From: Eledone cirrhosa
Lineage: Eukaryota
Assembly: GCA_964016885.1 (NCBI GenBank)
Contig: OZ024753.1
Coordinates: 16,678,001 to 16,742,000, forward strand
Length of the DNA stretch: 64,000 nucleotides
Direction: 5' to 3'
Positions within the stretch are counted from its first letter, which is position 1. Every line of letters begins with the position of its first letter. The translations under genes were made by a program, and so were the position numbers. The notes beneath the pieces were generated by a model. It was given only the letters and a program-made list of their open reading frames with translations. It searched no databases and was not told the DNA's origin. Shown one piece after another: positions 14,294-27,254 of this stretch.

Positions 14294-15479
14294 TATATAT
14301 ATATAAATACACATTTACATATATTCACTGTAGTATAGCTTTGGTAGAAATATCCAAGGGTAAGAGCACTCAGTTTATAGGATGAGTTATATAACTGGCT
14401 GAAGGAGTTGGGTGTATAACCCATCAAAACTTAATTACCTCTATATATCTCACTGTTCTAACTAATTATATATATATAGATATATATCATCATCATCGAT
14501 TAACGTCCATGTTCCACGCTAGCATGAGTTAGACAGATCCTATTTTAAATCAGATCTGCATGTTAGCAGATCCACTGATCAGCCAGATTTGAATATATAT
14601 ACACACACACATATATATATATATATATACACACATACACACATATATATATATATATACACACATACACACATACACACATATATATATCATGATCAAA
14701 ATCACCATCACCATCATTTAACGTCCATCTTCCACGCTATCATGGGTTAGACGCGTTTGTCCCATTTAGAGGTTGTAAGTTCAATTCCCAGGATCAGGTG
14801 GCACATTGTGTCCTTGAGCAAGACATTTCATTTCAAGTTGTTTCAGTTCACTCAACTGGCAAAATTGTACCTCAAATTAAAGGTGTCAGCCTTGTCACAT
14901 TTGAATTCATTCTGAATATCCATGAAAATGACATAAATAGTCAACTGAAACGAACCTCTATCACTTCTCCCTACATAACTCACTCGCATCTCCAGCCCTC
15001 CACCTTCTCCTCCAACATATAAATATTGAATTATCTACTTTTTCTGATGAAGTCAACTAAATGAAACTTTTTGCTGTGAAGCATTGTTTCATCTCTTTGC
15101 ATTCTCAGTTCAAATACACTGAAGTTCGCTTTACCTTTCCTCCTTACAGGGTCGAGGAAATAATGCACAGGGGTCGATTTAATCGACTTTCTCCTCCCCA
15201 AATTGTTGGCCTTGTGCCTAAATTAGAAACCATTACAGTAGAATTACAAAGTTAGCTTTGCTTTTCATCCTTGCGGAGTCGATAAAATAAAGTACCTGTA
15301 ACATACTGGGGCTGAATTTAACCAACTTACCCAACCCCAAATTGTTGGGTTTGTGCCTAAATCAAAACCCAATATTTTAGCTGTTTTTATTGTTATCAAC
15401 TACCACTGCCACAACTACCTGTCTCAGTGGGGATTATCCAATCAAAATTAGAAATTAATGTATATTAAAGAATAACTGC

Positions 15480-16760
15480 AGTGTTGCAGCAAGTGTAATA
15501 ATACGCCAGCTTTTGTATGTCGACATCAGAAAAATGGAGGTTTGGGGAAAGGCAATCTATCTTCAATTCATTGTACTTGGCCACAGTGTACTGGCCATAG
15601 TGTACTGGTCTACAGTGTACTGGCCACAGTGAACTTATCTACAGTGTACTGGTCTACAGTGTACTGGCCACAGTGAACTTATCTACAGTGTACTGGCCAC
15701 AGTGAACTTATCTACAGTGTACTGGTCTACAGTGTACTGACTACAGTGTACTGGCCACAGTGTACTGGTCTACAGTGTATTGGCCCCACTGTACTGGTCT
15801 ACAGTGTATTGGCCCCACTGTACTGGTCTACAGTGTACTGGCCATAGTGTACTGGTCTACAGTGTACTGGCCACAGTGTACTGGTCTACAGTGTACTGGC
15901 CACAGTGTACTGGTCTACAGTGTACTGGCCATAGTGTACTGGTCTACAGTGTACTGGTCTACAGTGTACTGGTCTACAGTGTACTGGCCATAGTGTACTG
16001 GTCTACAGTGTACTGGCCACAGTGTACTGGTCTACAGTGTACTGGTCTACAGTGTACTGGTCTACAGTGTACTGGTCTACAGTGTACTGGTCTACAGTGT
16101 ACTGGCCATAGTGTACTGGTCTACAGTGTACTGGCCACAGTGTACTGGTCTACAGTGTACTGGCCACAGTGTACTGGTCTACAGTGTACTGGCCATAGTG
16201 TACTGGTCTACAGTGTACTGGCCATAGTGTACTGGTCTACAGTGTACTGGTCTACAGTGTACTGGTCTACAGTGTACTGGCCATAGTGTACTGGTCTACA
16301 GTGTACTGGCCATAGTGTACTGGTCTACAGTGTACTGGCCATAGTGTACTGGTCTACAGTGTACTGGTCTACAGTGTACTGGCCACTGTACTGGTCTACA
16401 GTGCACTGGTCTACAGTGTACTGGCCTACCCTTACTTATGGTCATAAATTGTGGGTAATAACCAAAAGAATTTGACTGCAAATACAAGCAGGTGAAAAGG
16501 GGTTCCTTTGAAGGGTCTTCAGACTGTTACTAGAGACCTTGGAGTCGCTCCAGGTAGAGCCACTTATTTCCCCGCATCAAGAAAACCACTCTCTAGAACT
16601 ATGAACATATTAGATATTATAGGACAGATTTTACTGGTCAAAGTTTACCCCGAGTTAGACCATGAGCAAGATGGTTACATAACATCTATAAGCTAGGTTG
16701 GTCCTACTTGAGGATCCAGCCAGATCATTTGGAGCCTATTGCTTCTGATAGGACTTCCTA
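15480..16760 (+). mobile_element. Old Expander/Rex3-like RTE remnant interrupted by a minisatellite
   Basis: WPTLTYGHKLWVITKRI*LQIQAGEKGFL*RV at 16421-16520, resembling PTLTYGHELWVMTERTRSRIQAAEMSFLRRV. Confidence 0.6.
15577..16426. repeat. 14/15-bp minisatellite (cagtgtactggtcta / cagtgtactggcca)
   Basis: Roughly 55 tandem units. Confidence 0.95.
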
Positions 16761-16767
16761 GAAAGTA

Positions 16768-17004
16768 CCGTATATACTTGAATATAAGCCAAGGAATATG
16801 TGACCCAATTGATGGTAAAATGATGGCCAGGGTTGGGAGTCACTTATATTCGCCATTAAAACATATTGTGTTGATTATAATCAACACAATATAATTATCT
16901 GACTCAGCTTATAAATGGGGTTTGGGTTTTCGCCTATTTCTCAGACATAAAATAGGGAAGGGTATGGCTAATACTCAGATCAGCTTATAGTCGAGTATAT
17001 ACAG
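16768..17004. mobile_element. Pogo/Tc2-like MITE
   Basis: Terminal inverted repeats ccgtatatacttgaatataagc / gcttatagtcgagtatatacag; TA on the left. Confidence 0.65.
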
Positions 17005-17328
17005 TGACTGCAGAAACATGTTTTTAGATAAATATAAGGATAAAGATCCCATAACTCCTTATGGAGTCATCGAGGCACCTACATACGGCATGTCTAGGGC
17101 ACTTTTAAATATAGCAGAGCCCAACCCTCTCCAGGTCTGAACACAGCCAATTTTTCTTTTTATAGAGGAAGAATTGACTGGACTGGTACTTTTTTTATTG
17201 AACTTGAAAGGATGAAAGGCCAAGTTGACCCCAGCGGGATTTGAACTCAGAGCGCGCAGTGAGGTGGAACGAATACCGTAAAGCATTCTATCCAAGGCCT
17301 TAATGACTCTGCCAATTCGCTGTCTTAA

Positions 17329-17535
17329 CCCTTTAATGTTCAAACCGACCAAAGCCAGTGAAACTTCTCTACGTCTTTCTGTTGAAACTGGCTGTAACTG
17401 GTCACTCATACTGATGTTAAGGTATTGTTCTCAACATAAATACTTTCAAAATCTCATAGATTAGATATTATGTGAGATAAAGCCTTTACCATGAAAATAT
17501 TATAGTATATATAGAGTAATGTGAATGCTAAAGGG
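17329..17535. mobile_element. TTAA piggyBac-like MITE
   Basis: TTAA-ccctttaatgttca ... gtgaatgctaaaggg-TTAT. Confidence 0.8.
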
Positions 17536-17562
17536 TTATAGATATATATATAAACACTTTCA

Positions 17563-17885
17563 TGGAGGCACATGGCTTAGTGGTTAGAGCATTGGCCTTG
17601 CAATCGAAAGGTTGTGAGTTCAATTCTCAGACCGGGTGATCTGTTGTTTCCTTGAGCAAGACACTTTATTTCACATTGCTCCAGTTTACTCAGCTGCTGA
17701 AATGAGATGATAGGGACTGGGGTCCCTATCATTCTACTTTAAAGTGGATGTGTAGGCGCCACGGAAAAAGGCACCCAGCACTCACTGTAAATGAGGTTGG
17801 TGTTAGGAAGGGCATCCAGCTGTAGAAATCAAGCCAGAATCATTCCTGTCCCAGGGAAAAGCGGACGTAAATTGAAATGAAATGA
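17563..17885 (+). mobile_element. CORE-like SINE with RTE tail
   Basis: Same head, core and tail as 13968-14293. Confidence 0.85.
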
Positions 17886-18190
17886 ATGATGAAACAGTTT
17901 TGTATCGCAAAACCTGGTTAGCTTCAGGCAGTTTGGAAAACAAAAGAGTTAATAGATGAATTATATATACAACAATATTGGTTTCTTAATTAGAGATTTG
18001 TTTATTAAAAGTGGCAGTTTTAATACATCTACTGAAAACTGTTAATTAACAATTAATTAGTAAACTGGAATGCTGCATAAATAATAGAAACAGCAAGAAA
18101 TTAATAAATATTAATTCTGTTATTTCAGCGATTTACTAATTTCTGTCTTTTGATGACTAATGACAACTTAGCTTAGCTAATTAACAAACA

Positions 18191-18224
<34 letters not shown>

Positions 18225-18354
18225 CTATACATATTTATATATATGCACACACACACATATATATATATATACACACGTACATATATTTATATATATATAT
18301 ACATATATATAAATATATGTACGTGTGTATATAAATATGTGTGTGTATATATAA

Positions 18355-18396
<42 letters not shown>

Positions 18397-18629
18397 GTGT
18401 GTATATATATATAGTATTAAACATGTGTGTGTGTGTATATATATATATAGTATTAAACGTGTGTGTGTGTATATATATATATAGTATTAAACATGTGTGT
18501 GTGTGTATATATATATATATATAGTATTAAACATGTGTGTGTGTGTGTATATATATAGTATTAAATGTGTGTGTGTGTATATATATATATAGTATTAAAC
18601 ATGTATATGTGTGTATATATATATATTCT

Positions 18630-19215
18630 TTTTTTGGATGGCCGTTGACTCTTATGAGTTCTTCCGCGCTTTGTCAGGTTTTTTTTGTTTGTATTTTGTC
18701 CTGCTGGGTTCCCAAAATCACCCTCCTCACCAAGTAAACTTGGTGGGGTTGCCAGTTTAGTCGCCGACGACCCGGCCATGCAAGAAATGTGTAAATATGT
18801 ATATACCTATATGCATGTGTATATATGTATATATCTATATGCAAATATACATAGGTATATATATGCGTGGGAAAATAGAAATAATTGGGATGGATACCCG
18901 ATCGCGCAGTTAAACCACTGGGAGTGAAGGACCCCTAGCTTTTGTCAGGGCATTCTTCTAGGAGAAGGCAACTCAGGAAACTGGGATAACTCCAATATAA
19001 AACCTGCGGCTCAGTAGTTACCGATGATGTTGATCTTTTCTTCTTTTCGGGTTATAGCTACTGTCGCTCAGAGAGTGGGATTGGCTCAGTGCACAGTCTT
19101 TCCTCACTTTAAAAAATATCTTCACGCACAGGCATTGCACGATAGAATTAATTAATAATTATTAATAATGGTATATCATGGAATTGCCATACTCGATAAC
19201 GAGGGGACAGCCATC
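18630..19215. mobile_element. Probable RTE-X-type non-autonomous retroelement pieces
   Basis: GC-richer islands in microsatellite; motif ggcattcttctaggagaaggcaactc..aaaacc also seen reversed near 34890-34945. Confidence 0.4.
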
Positions 19216-19654
19216 ATATACACACACACACACGCACACACACACACACACACACACATGTGTGTGTGTGTGTATCTAGAATATGTGTTTGTGTGTGTAT
19301 GTATTTGTATATAATGCTTGTTTTCTCTGTATGTATATGTGTGTATTATTGCTGTTTTCTCTATATATCTGTGTGCGTATATATATGTATGTATGGTCCT
19401 GTAGTAACTCTTGATAGATTTGTAGGGGTGTTGCATTGACATCCAGTATTTCTTGGTCATTTGAAGCCTGGCGGAGCCCATCTCCTCTCCAGCCCTGAGT
19501 ACAGCAGATTTCTTTCAGAGAAAGGAAGAACCCAGTACATGACTGGTACTTATTTTATCGACCTCGAAAGGATTAAAGCCGAAGTTGACCTCGGTGGAAT
19601 TTGAACTATATATGTATATGATTCCTGTTTTCCCTGTATATATGTGTGTGTGTG

Positions 19655-19692
<38 letters not shown>

Positions 19693-19719
19693 GGTGTGTG
19701 TGTGTGTATATATATATAT

Positions 19720-20144
19720 CGAGACCTTTGGCGGTACTCAGTAACAGAGAAGACCCGCCTTACCTAAATATATAGTAAAACCTATTCCAGCCAGTAGGCA
19801 TCTCTAACAAAATACACCCCGTCCCACCACCCCCACCCCCACCCCATCCACACCACCCCGTTCAATGTAAAGTTATGTTGGTGCCGCGCCATCCAGGCCG
19901 AAACAAATGAGATCGTGTAGGTGTCACAACAAAAAAACACACAGTCCACGCTGTCATGTGGCCGTGTAGGCAACACGGTAAAAACCTCCCAGACCCACAC
20001 TGTAAATGTGGTTGGTGTTAGGAAGGGCACCCAACTGTAGAAAACCAGCCAGACAGTCCTATGCGAGCAAGACAATCACTCTTGCCTCAAGTGGGACTAC
20101 CCCCGTCCAAACCCATGCAAGCGTGGAACACGGACGTTAAACGT

Positions 20145-20180
<36 letters not shown>
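19720..20180 (+). mobile_element. Composite non-autonomous RTE derivative
   Basis: RDLWRYSV remnant, leader repeats, aggaagggcacccaac, (ATG)n tail. Confidence 0.75.
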
Positions 20181-20238
<58 letters not shown>

Positions 20239-20651
20239 AATATGATAATAATGGAGCTGCGGCGTTGCAAATGGGTTACATATGAAAAAGTTTGTCCTTC
20301 ATCAGTGGCCTTCCAACCGTCATAGGCATTTCATCGCTTTAAAGGCCATATACCTCAGGTTGGTGCGAGCAACGGCTAAAAAAAGTCGTTGGGACACGTA
20401 AATAAAGGGGACGCTAGGGTAAACAAACAAAATGGTTTAAGCAACAGAAAGTGATGAAGAAAGAGATAAGTCCCAGATTTCTATGAATATAAATTCGGTG
20501 AAATCGTGAACAAGAGAATAAAGACCATCAAATCTGGTTGAAATGTGAGCAAGGAAGGAATTTCGCACATGTCTAACGGGAGGAAGAAGGGGTCTGCTCT
20601 GCGAATTCGGTAAACATAAGTATATATATATATGTGTGTGTGTGTGTGTAT

Positions 20652-20842
20652 ATAGGAAAAAGTATGACCCCGACGCCAGAGTTCAAGCCAATTCGACGGC
20701 TATTTCTGGACAAGAAATAGCCGTCGAAACGGCTTGAGCTCTGCCGTCGGGGTCATACTTTTTCCTATTTCCCATTCTACTACCCTAAGTATTGAGTACT
20801 CTGGTGCGTTATGGTCCATCTGATTCCTTACCACAATTCCTT

Positions 20843-20845
<3 letters not shown>
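20652..20845 (+). mobile_element. Palindromic PLE-like terminal element
   Basis: Inverted arms 20652-20768; cGAAACGGC-uugagcucu-GCCGUC hammerhead 3' half; tail with gagtactc; microsatellite flanks. Confidence 0.65.
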
Positions 20846-20894
<49 letters not shown>

Positions 20895-20897
<3 letters not shown>

Positions 20898-21280
20898 TCA
20901 TCATCATCATCACCGTTTTACGTCCGTTCTTCCACGCTAGCATGGGTTAGACGGGTTGTCCTGTTGTGGGCAGTGTCCGGTTGGCTGACCTTGTCTTGCT
21001 AATACAGGAACTGATTCTGGCTTGATTTCTACAGCTGGATGCCCTTCCTAACACCAACCTCATTTACAGTGAGTGGTGGGTGCTTTTATTCCGTGGCGCC
21101 TCCACGACCACTTTGCAGTGGAATGATATGGACCCCAGTCACTATCATCTCATTTCTACAGCTGAGTAAACTGGAGCAATGTGAAATAAAGTGTCTTGCT
21201 CAAGGAAACAACAGATCACCAGGTCTGAGAATTGAACTCACAACCTTTCGATTGCAAGCCCAATGCTCTAACCACTAAGT
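20895..21280 (-). mobile_element. CORE-like SINE with RTE tail
   Basis: Family match to 17563. Confidence 0.85.
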
Positions 21281-21464
21281 CTATGTATGTGTATATATGT
21301 ATGTGTATATATGTATGTGTATATATGTATGTGTATATATGTATGTATATATATGTATCTCTCTCTATATATATATGTATATATATATATGTATCTCTAT
21401 ATATATATATATATATGTATATAGATATATGTTAATAAATATATATATCTATATATATGTATAT

Positions 21465-23732
21465 ATTCACTAAAATACAAATTTAGGAAAGCCTTTCAAG
21501 ATGTATATGACGAAAAAGAAGACGATTTAAAGACGTATGACATAGATAATAACTGGAATTTCTTACGTGACAACTTGCTGCAGGCTACTGATGAAACTTG
21601 TGGCTGGAGCAGAGGTCCAACCAGACAGAGAGTGACCTGGTGGTGGAACAGCACTAGATAAGGCCATTAGAGACAAAAGACTAGCATGGAAGGCTTGGAA
21701 AAAGGGTGGGAGTAGGGAAGAATATACAGCCGCTAAGAGAGAAGCTAGACGTCAGGTGCACTTAGCACGCAGGGAGGCGGAGAGTAGGAGGTTTGCCAAT
21801 GTTCTGCGATGGGAAGATCAGAGGTGTGCAGTGTTCCACATTGCAAGGCAGTGTGTCAATGCAAATCAGGATGTTGTTGGAGATAAATGTGTCCGGAATG
21901 ATGCCGGTGTACTTAGTGTCACGAATGATCAGAAAAAGGAGGCCTTGAAATGTCATTATGAGAGACTGATGAATGTGGAGAACGATTGGGAGAGAGAGAA
22001 ATTACCCTTAGTAGATCCGACAGAGGGACCGGCTATTGAGATTGACGAATATAGGGTCCAAGAGGCGATTAAGGAAATGAAAAGTGGTAAGGCTGCTGGA
22101 CCATCGGGAATAGTTGCTGAGATGCTGAAGGCATCAAGGGACATAGGCACTAAACTGGTTGCACGCATCATCAATCGGGCTATATATGGTGGTGTCATAC
22201 CCAAAGACTGGTGCAGCAGTATTCTCATAAATTGCTACAAAGGTAAAGGGGATGCTTTGGAGAGGAGCAATTATAGGGGTATAAAACTGATGGATCAGGT
22301 TATGAAAGTGGCAGAAAGGATATTAGCACAACCAATTAGAGAAAGGGTCAAACTAGATGAGATGCAGTTTGGTTTTGTGCCTGGGAAGAGTACAACAGAT
22401 GCCCTCTTCTTGGTGAGACAATTGCAAGAGAGTTTCTTAGAGAAAAATAAGTCACTATACTTAGCCTTTATTGACTTAGAGAAGGCCTTTGATAGGGTAC
22501 CCCGATCTGTCATCTGGTGGTCCCTAAGGAATGGCTTGTGAGGACAGTGCAAACTTTGTACAGAGGTACTCTCAGTAAAGTCAGGGTAGGAATCGAGTTT
22601 AGTGAGGAATTACAGATACAAGTAGGAGTACATCAAGGTTTGGTCCTCAGCCCGCTCTTGTTCATTATAGTCCTCCAAGCCATAACAGAGGAGTTTAAGA
22701 CTGGCTGTCCAGGGGAGCTTCTCTATGCTGACGATCTGGTTCTTATAGCAGAATCAGTAGAGGAGCTAGAGAATAAATTCTGGCTATGGAAACAGCAGTT
22801 GGAATCAAGAGTACTGAGAGTGAACCTAGCTAAGACAAAAGTGTTGATGAGTAGAAAAGAGGACAAAACTCTGATTCCGTCAGGGAAATGGCCATGTTCG
22901 ATATGCAGAAAAGGAACTGGCATAAATTCTATAAAATGCACACAATGCAGATCCTGGGTACACAAGAGATGTAGCGGGATAGCAGGCAAACTAACAGGCA
23001 GGGAGAAATATGTATGCAGTAGATGTACAGGGAAATTAGACAGTAGAAGTCGCATTGATAGACACATTTTTCAAATGCAGGAGGGCGCTATAGAAGTGGT
23101 GGATAGCTTCCGGTACCTAGGAGATCAGATTAGCATGGGAGGAGGGTGTTCTGAGGCCATAGTATCTAGAATAAGGACGGGTTGGAAGAAGTTTAGGGAG
23201 CTGCTTCCTCTGCTGACGAAGAAGGGTTTCACCCTACGTACGAAAGGCCGGTTGTATGATGCCTGTGTGAGGAGCGCGATGCTGCATGGTAGTGAGACAT
23301 GGGCAGTAACTGCAGAGGATATGCGACGGCTGGAGAGAAATGAGGCAAGCATGCTTCGTTGGATGTGCGTGAACGACCCAGCATGAATGTGTTGAGAGGG
23401 AAACTGTGTCTGAGATGTGTAGAATGTAGTGTACGGGAGAGGAGACTGAGGTGGTATGGACATGTGATGCGCATGGAAGAGGACCGATGTGTGAAGATGT
23501 GCCAGGAAATGCCAGTTGAAGGAAGACGTGGTAGAGGTAGACTACGAAAAACATGGACGGAGGTGGTGAGAACAGACCTCAGATCGTTGAAGCTCACGGT
23601 GATGACGACGAAGGACCGTGACGAGTGGAGAGATGCTGTGCTGAATAAGACCCGTCCCACCCTTGCAAGCAGGGAAAAGCGGACGTAAAATGATGATGAT
23701 GATGGTGATGGTGATGATGATGATGATGATGA
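21465..23732 (+). mobile_element. 5'-truncated young RTE LINE (RT + PHD-like finger), frameshifted
   Basis: QFGFVPGKSTTDA, FIDLEKAFDRV, GVHQGLVLSPLLF, LYADD (22724), Cys/His finger WPCSIC..CTQCRSWVHKRC..CSRC, RERRLRWYGHV, tail ggacgtaaaa(tga)n. Confidence 0.95.
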
Positions 23733-23756
23733 TATATATATATATATATATATATA

Positions 23757-24165
23757 GGCGCATGGCTTAGTGGTTAGAGCATTGGGAGCATTGGGCTTGC
23801 AATCGAAAGGTTGTGAGTTCAATTCTCAGACCTGGTGATCTGTTGTTTCCTTGAGCAAGACACTTTTTTTCACATTGCTCCAGTTTACTCAGCTGTAGAA
23901 ATGAGGTGATAGGACCGGGGTGCCATGGCAAAAAAGCACCCAGCCCACCTGTAAAGTGGACGTGGAGGTGCCACGGAACAAAAGCACCCAGCACTCACTG
24001 TAAATGGGGTTGGTGTTAGGAAGGGCATCCAACTGTAGAAATCATGCCAGAATCAGTTCCCATATGAGCAAGACAAGGTCAGCCGACCGGACACTGCCCA
24101 CAACAGGACAGCCCGTCTAACCCATGCTAGCATGGAAGAACGGACGTAAAACGATGATGATGATA
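23757..24165 (+). mobile_element. CORE-like SINE with RTE tail
   Basis: Family match; two leader hairpin units. Confidence 0.85.
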
Positions 24166-24312
24166 TATGTGTGTGTGTGTGTATATAATTTCTTTGTTTT
24201 CTCTGTATATATGTGTGAGTATGTATGTATATATATGTGTAAATAATTCCTGTTTTTTCTGTGCATATATATATGTGTGTGTCGTTGTATGTATTTATAT
24301 GTATATAATTCC

Positions 24313-24826
24313 TGTTTTCTCTGACAGCCAGGCTTGGGTCTTTCGGCTGGTATGGCAGGGCGCTGAGCCTTGCTGCCACACATACAGCCTACCTGCAGCT
24401 ACCTGGTCGATCCAGGGCTTTACTACCTCGCTCAGAACGCAGATGTAGCCATCGGTGTTCAGCTTGAGGCTCTCAGCGAAGAAGTGAGGTGGCATGATGT
24501 CACCTTGACTGCTGACGACACCTAAGACCAATGTTGTCACGGGAAACTTTGTCTGCATGACTCTGGGAACGTCTTTCAATGAGACAGCGACCCACCTGTT
24601 GTTCTGGGAGTTGATCTTCTGATCCTTATTTGTCCTCCCGGTGCGGATTCCAAGAAGAACTCCGTGTCTCTTCCACAAATTTTGAGGTTCAAAATTATTC
24701 ATAATCAATTATTCTGAAAATAAATAATGGAAATATAGTCACTGTTTTTATGAAGACAAGAGTGACAAAAAAAATTTGCATAAAATTAGCAGTTGAAAAT
24801 TGCGAACAGATATCGTCCGCACCCTG
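24313..24826 (-). mobile_element. DD37D (maT-like) Tc1/mariner transposon fragment
   Basis: ORF 24295-24708 MQTKFPVTTLVLGVVSSQGDIMPPHFF..VVKPWID..YVWQQGSAPCHTSRKTQAWL; terminus cagggtgcggacg next to TA at 24827. Confidence 0.8.
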
Positions 24827-25074
24827 TATATATGTGTGTATGTGTGTGTATATATATGTATATAATTCCTGTTTTCTCTGTATATATATATATATGTGTG
24901 TGTATGTATATGGATATATATCTCTCATTATAAATTAGTGAGAATGACCTGGGATGGGGTCAACCCATCACATGACACATATCTGATGTTATGAGAAAAC
25001 ACGAGAGATCTTCGTAAAAATTTACACATTTTTCTGTCTTGTTATCAAAAGTTCAATGAGTTTCACTGAAAGTT

Positions 25075-25485
25075 GTGGTGGTGGTGGTTGTGGTGGTGGT
25101 GTTGTGGTGGTGGTGGTGGTGGTGGTAGGGGTGGTGGTGGTGGTGTTGGTGGTGGTTGTAGTGTTGTGCTGGTTGTGGTGGTGAGGGTTGTAGTGTTGTT
25201 GTTGTTGTGGTGCTGGTTGTGGTGGTTGTAGTGTTGTTGTGGTTGTGGTGATGGTGAGGGTTGTAGTGTTGTTGTGGTGGTGGTTGTAGTGTTGTTGTGG
25301 TGGTGGTTGTGGTGGTAGTGCTAGTGGTGGTGGTGGTAGTGGCGGTTGTGGTGGTGGTGGTGGTGGTAGGGTTGGTGGTGGTGGTGGTTGTAGTAGTGGT
25401 GTGTGTTGGTGTTGGTGGTGGTTGTTGTGATGGTGGCTTTAGTGTTGTTGTAGTGTTGTTGTTGTGGTGGTGGTCGTGGTGTAGT
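25075..25485. repeat. (GGT/GTT)n degenerate trinucleotide repeat
   Basis: Direct reading. Confidence 0.9.
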
Positions 25486-25893
25486 AATGCAGGTCTTTCG
25501 CAGTTCTGCTATGATGTGCACTTATTCACACACACACACACATACACTCATGCATGCATGGACGGACACACATACACTCACACATGCATGGACGGACACA
25601 CATACACTCACACATGCATGGACACACACACACACATACACACATACACACACACACATGCACATACGCATGGACTCACACTCTAACATATTCACTCACA
25701 TACATTACACAATCGATGCAATGATCGGCCTACCGCTTATAGACGCTTTAAGCATCCAACACCAATTATATATATATATATATATATAAGCAAATGGGAT
25801 ATTTAATTTGATATCCAGGAAAATATCCAGGAAAAACTTGAACCATTAAGGTCTCATTCCTGGATATGTCAATATTTATAAAACAAACTCTGT

Positions 25894-25952
25894 ATTTTAT
25901 CTGATGAGAGCGTACCAAAGTTTTGGTACCCTTGAAATATATATAATAGAAT
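25894..25952 (+). ncRNA. Type-I hammerhead ribozyme (same sequence as the 13147 copy)
   Basis: auuuuau CUGAUGA gagcguacc..gguacccuu GAAA uauauAUA auagaau. Confidence 0.72.
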
Positions 25953-26020
25953 AAATATGGTTTTATAAATATAGTTTCCATTTATTAATATCATTGTATA
26001 TATATGTATATATATATATA

Positions 26021-26747
26021 TATAGAGAAAATTGAGGTTGGTAATGGCACATGGAATATATAAGAGACAGAATACTTTTTTGTGAAAAAACATAATTTTA
26101 TAAGGTAAGGAAATAATAAAGGGTATAAAAAATGACCGGTTTCGATGGGTCTGCAAAAGCCATCTTTTCAAATGTTGATTAATATTAAGAAAAATTAATA
26201 ATACGAAGAGTTAAAATTTGAGACTTGAAAATTCAAGTATAAAATTCATTGTGGGATTTCATAGCAGTTTTCATCTAGGTAGCAACAACAGGTTGACTGC
26301 TGTGTCCCTTTCTGGTAGTGAATGTGTATGTATGTGTGGATGAAGGTATGTGTGTGTATATTGCTTCCACCCCCTCACTGACCAGCAGCTGGCTATTGCT
26401 AAATCTGACCTTTATAAAATAACCCACACCCCAAATAACTTCTCATTCACTACCAGAAAGGGACACAGCAGTCAACCTGTTGTTGCTACCAAGATGAAAA
26501 CTGCTATGAAATCCCACAATGAATTTTATACTTGAATTTTCAAGTCTCAAATTTTAACTCTTCGTATTATTAATTTTTCTTAATATTAATCAACATTTGA
26601 AAAGATGGCTTTTGCAGACCCATCGAAACCGGTCATTTTTTATACCCTTTATTATTTCCTTACCTTATAAAATTATGTTTTTTCACAAAAAAGTATTCTG
26701 TCTCTTATATATTCCATGTGCCATTACCAACCTCAATTTTCTCTATA
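26021..26747. mobile_element. Long inverted repeat (about 304-bp arms, about 119-bp spacer), PLE-like, hammerhead variant in each arm
   Basis: 26021-26324 is the near-perfect reverse complement of 26444-26747; UUGAAAA gaugg..ccauc GAAA CCGGUC at 26597-26634; (TA)n on both sides. Confidence 0.75.
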
Positions 26748-26775
26748 ACCTTCGTTTTGTGTAGAAAATTACACT

Positions 26776-26830
<55 letters not shown>

Positions 26831-27254
26831 TTTAGACATATATGTACACCTGTCCACTTACACACACGTGTATGCACATACACACAGACGCACACATTTA
26901 CACACACACACATTTAGACACACACATACATCTACACACACACATTTACAAACACACATATTTACACATCTACACACACACATTTACACAGCCACATGTA
27001 CACACACATGTACACACACGCACGCACATATGCACACACACGTACACACACGCACACGCATATGCACACACACGTACACACACGTACACACAGCCACACA
27101 CACTCCTATAGTCAGACTTGTTATTACTTGCTCTGTAGTCAGACATGTAAGATTTTTTGACAGCTTTGGATTGTTTTTGATGTAAATTTACAGGGACATA
27201 AGGGTGGGTGGGGTGGGGGCTGATTCCTACCCCACCACCCCTAGTTTTATCTCA

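Noticed and set aside
15044-15075. ctgatga..gaaac as a hammerhead
   Set aside because: No convincing stem II or stem I pairing
17563-17635. tRNA-Cys-like gene (ttgcaat loop)
   Set aside because: No acceptor-stem closure; continues into a multi-copy SINE body
20240-20615. Possible PLE ORF end or hammerhead on the minus strand (ctgatgaagg near 20296-20305)
   Set aside because: GAAA and stem III half not found, and no recognisable protein motif
21465-23732. Active autonomous RTE
   Set aside because: 5'-truncated (no APE) and frameshifted near 22530 and 23380
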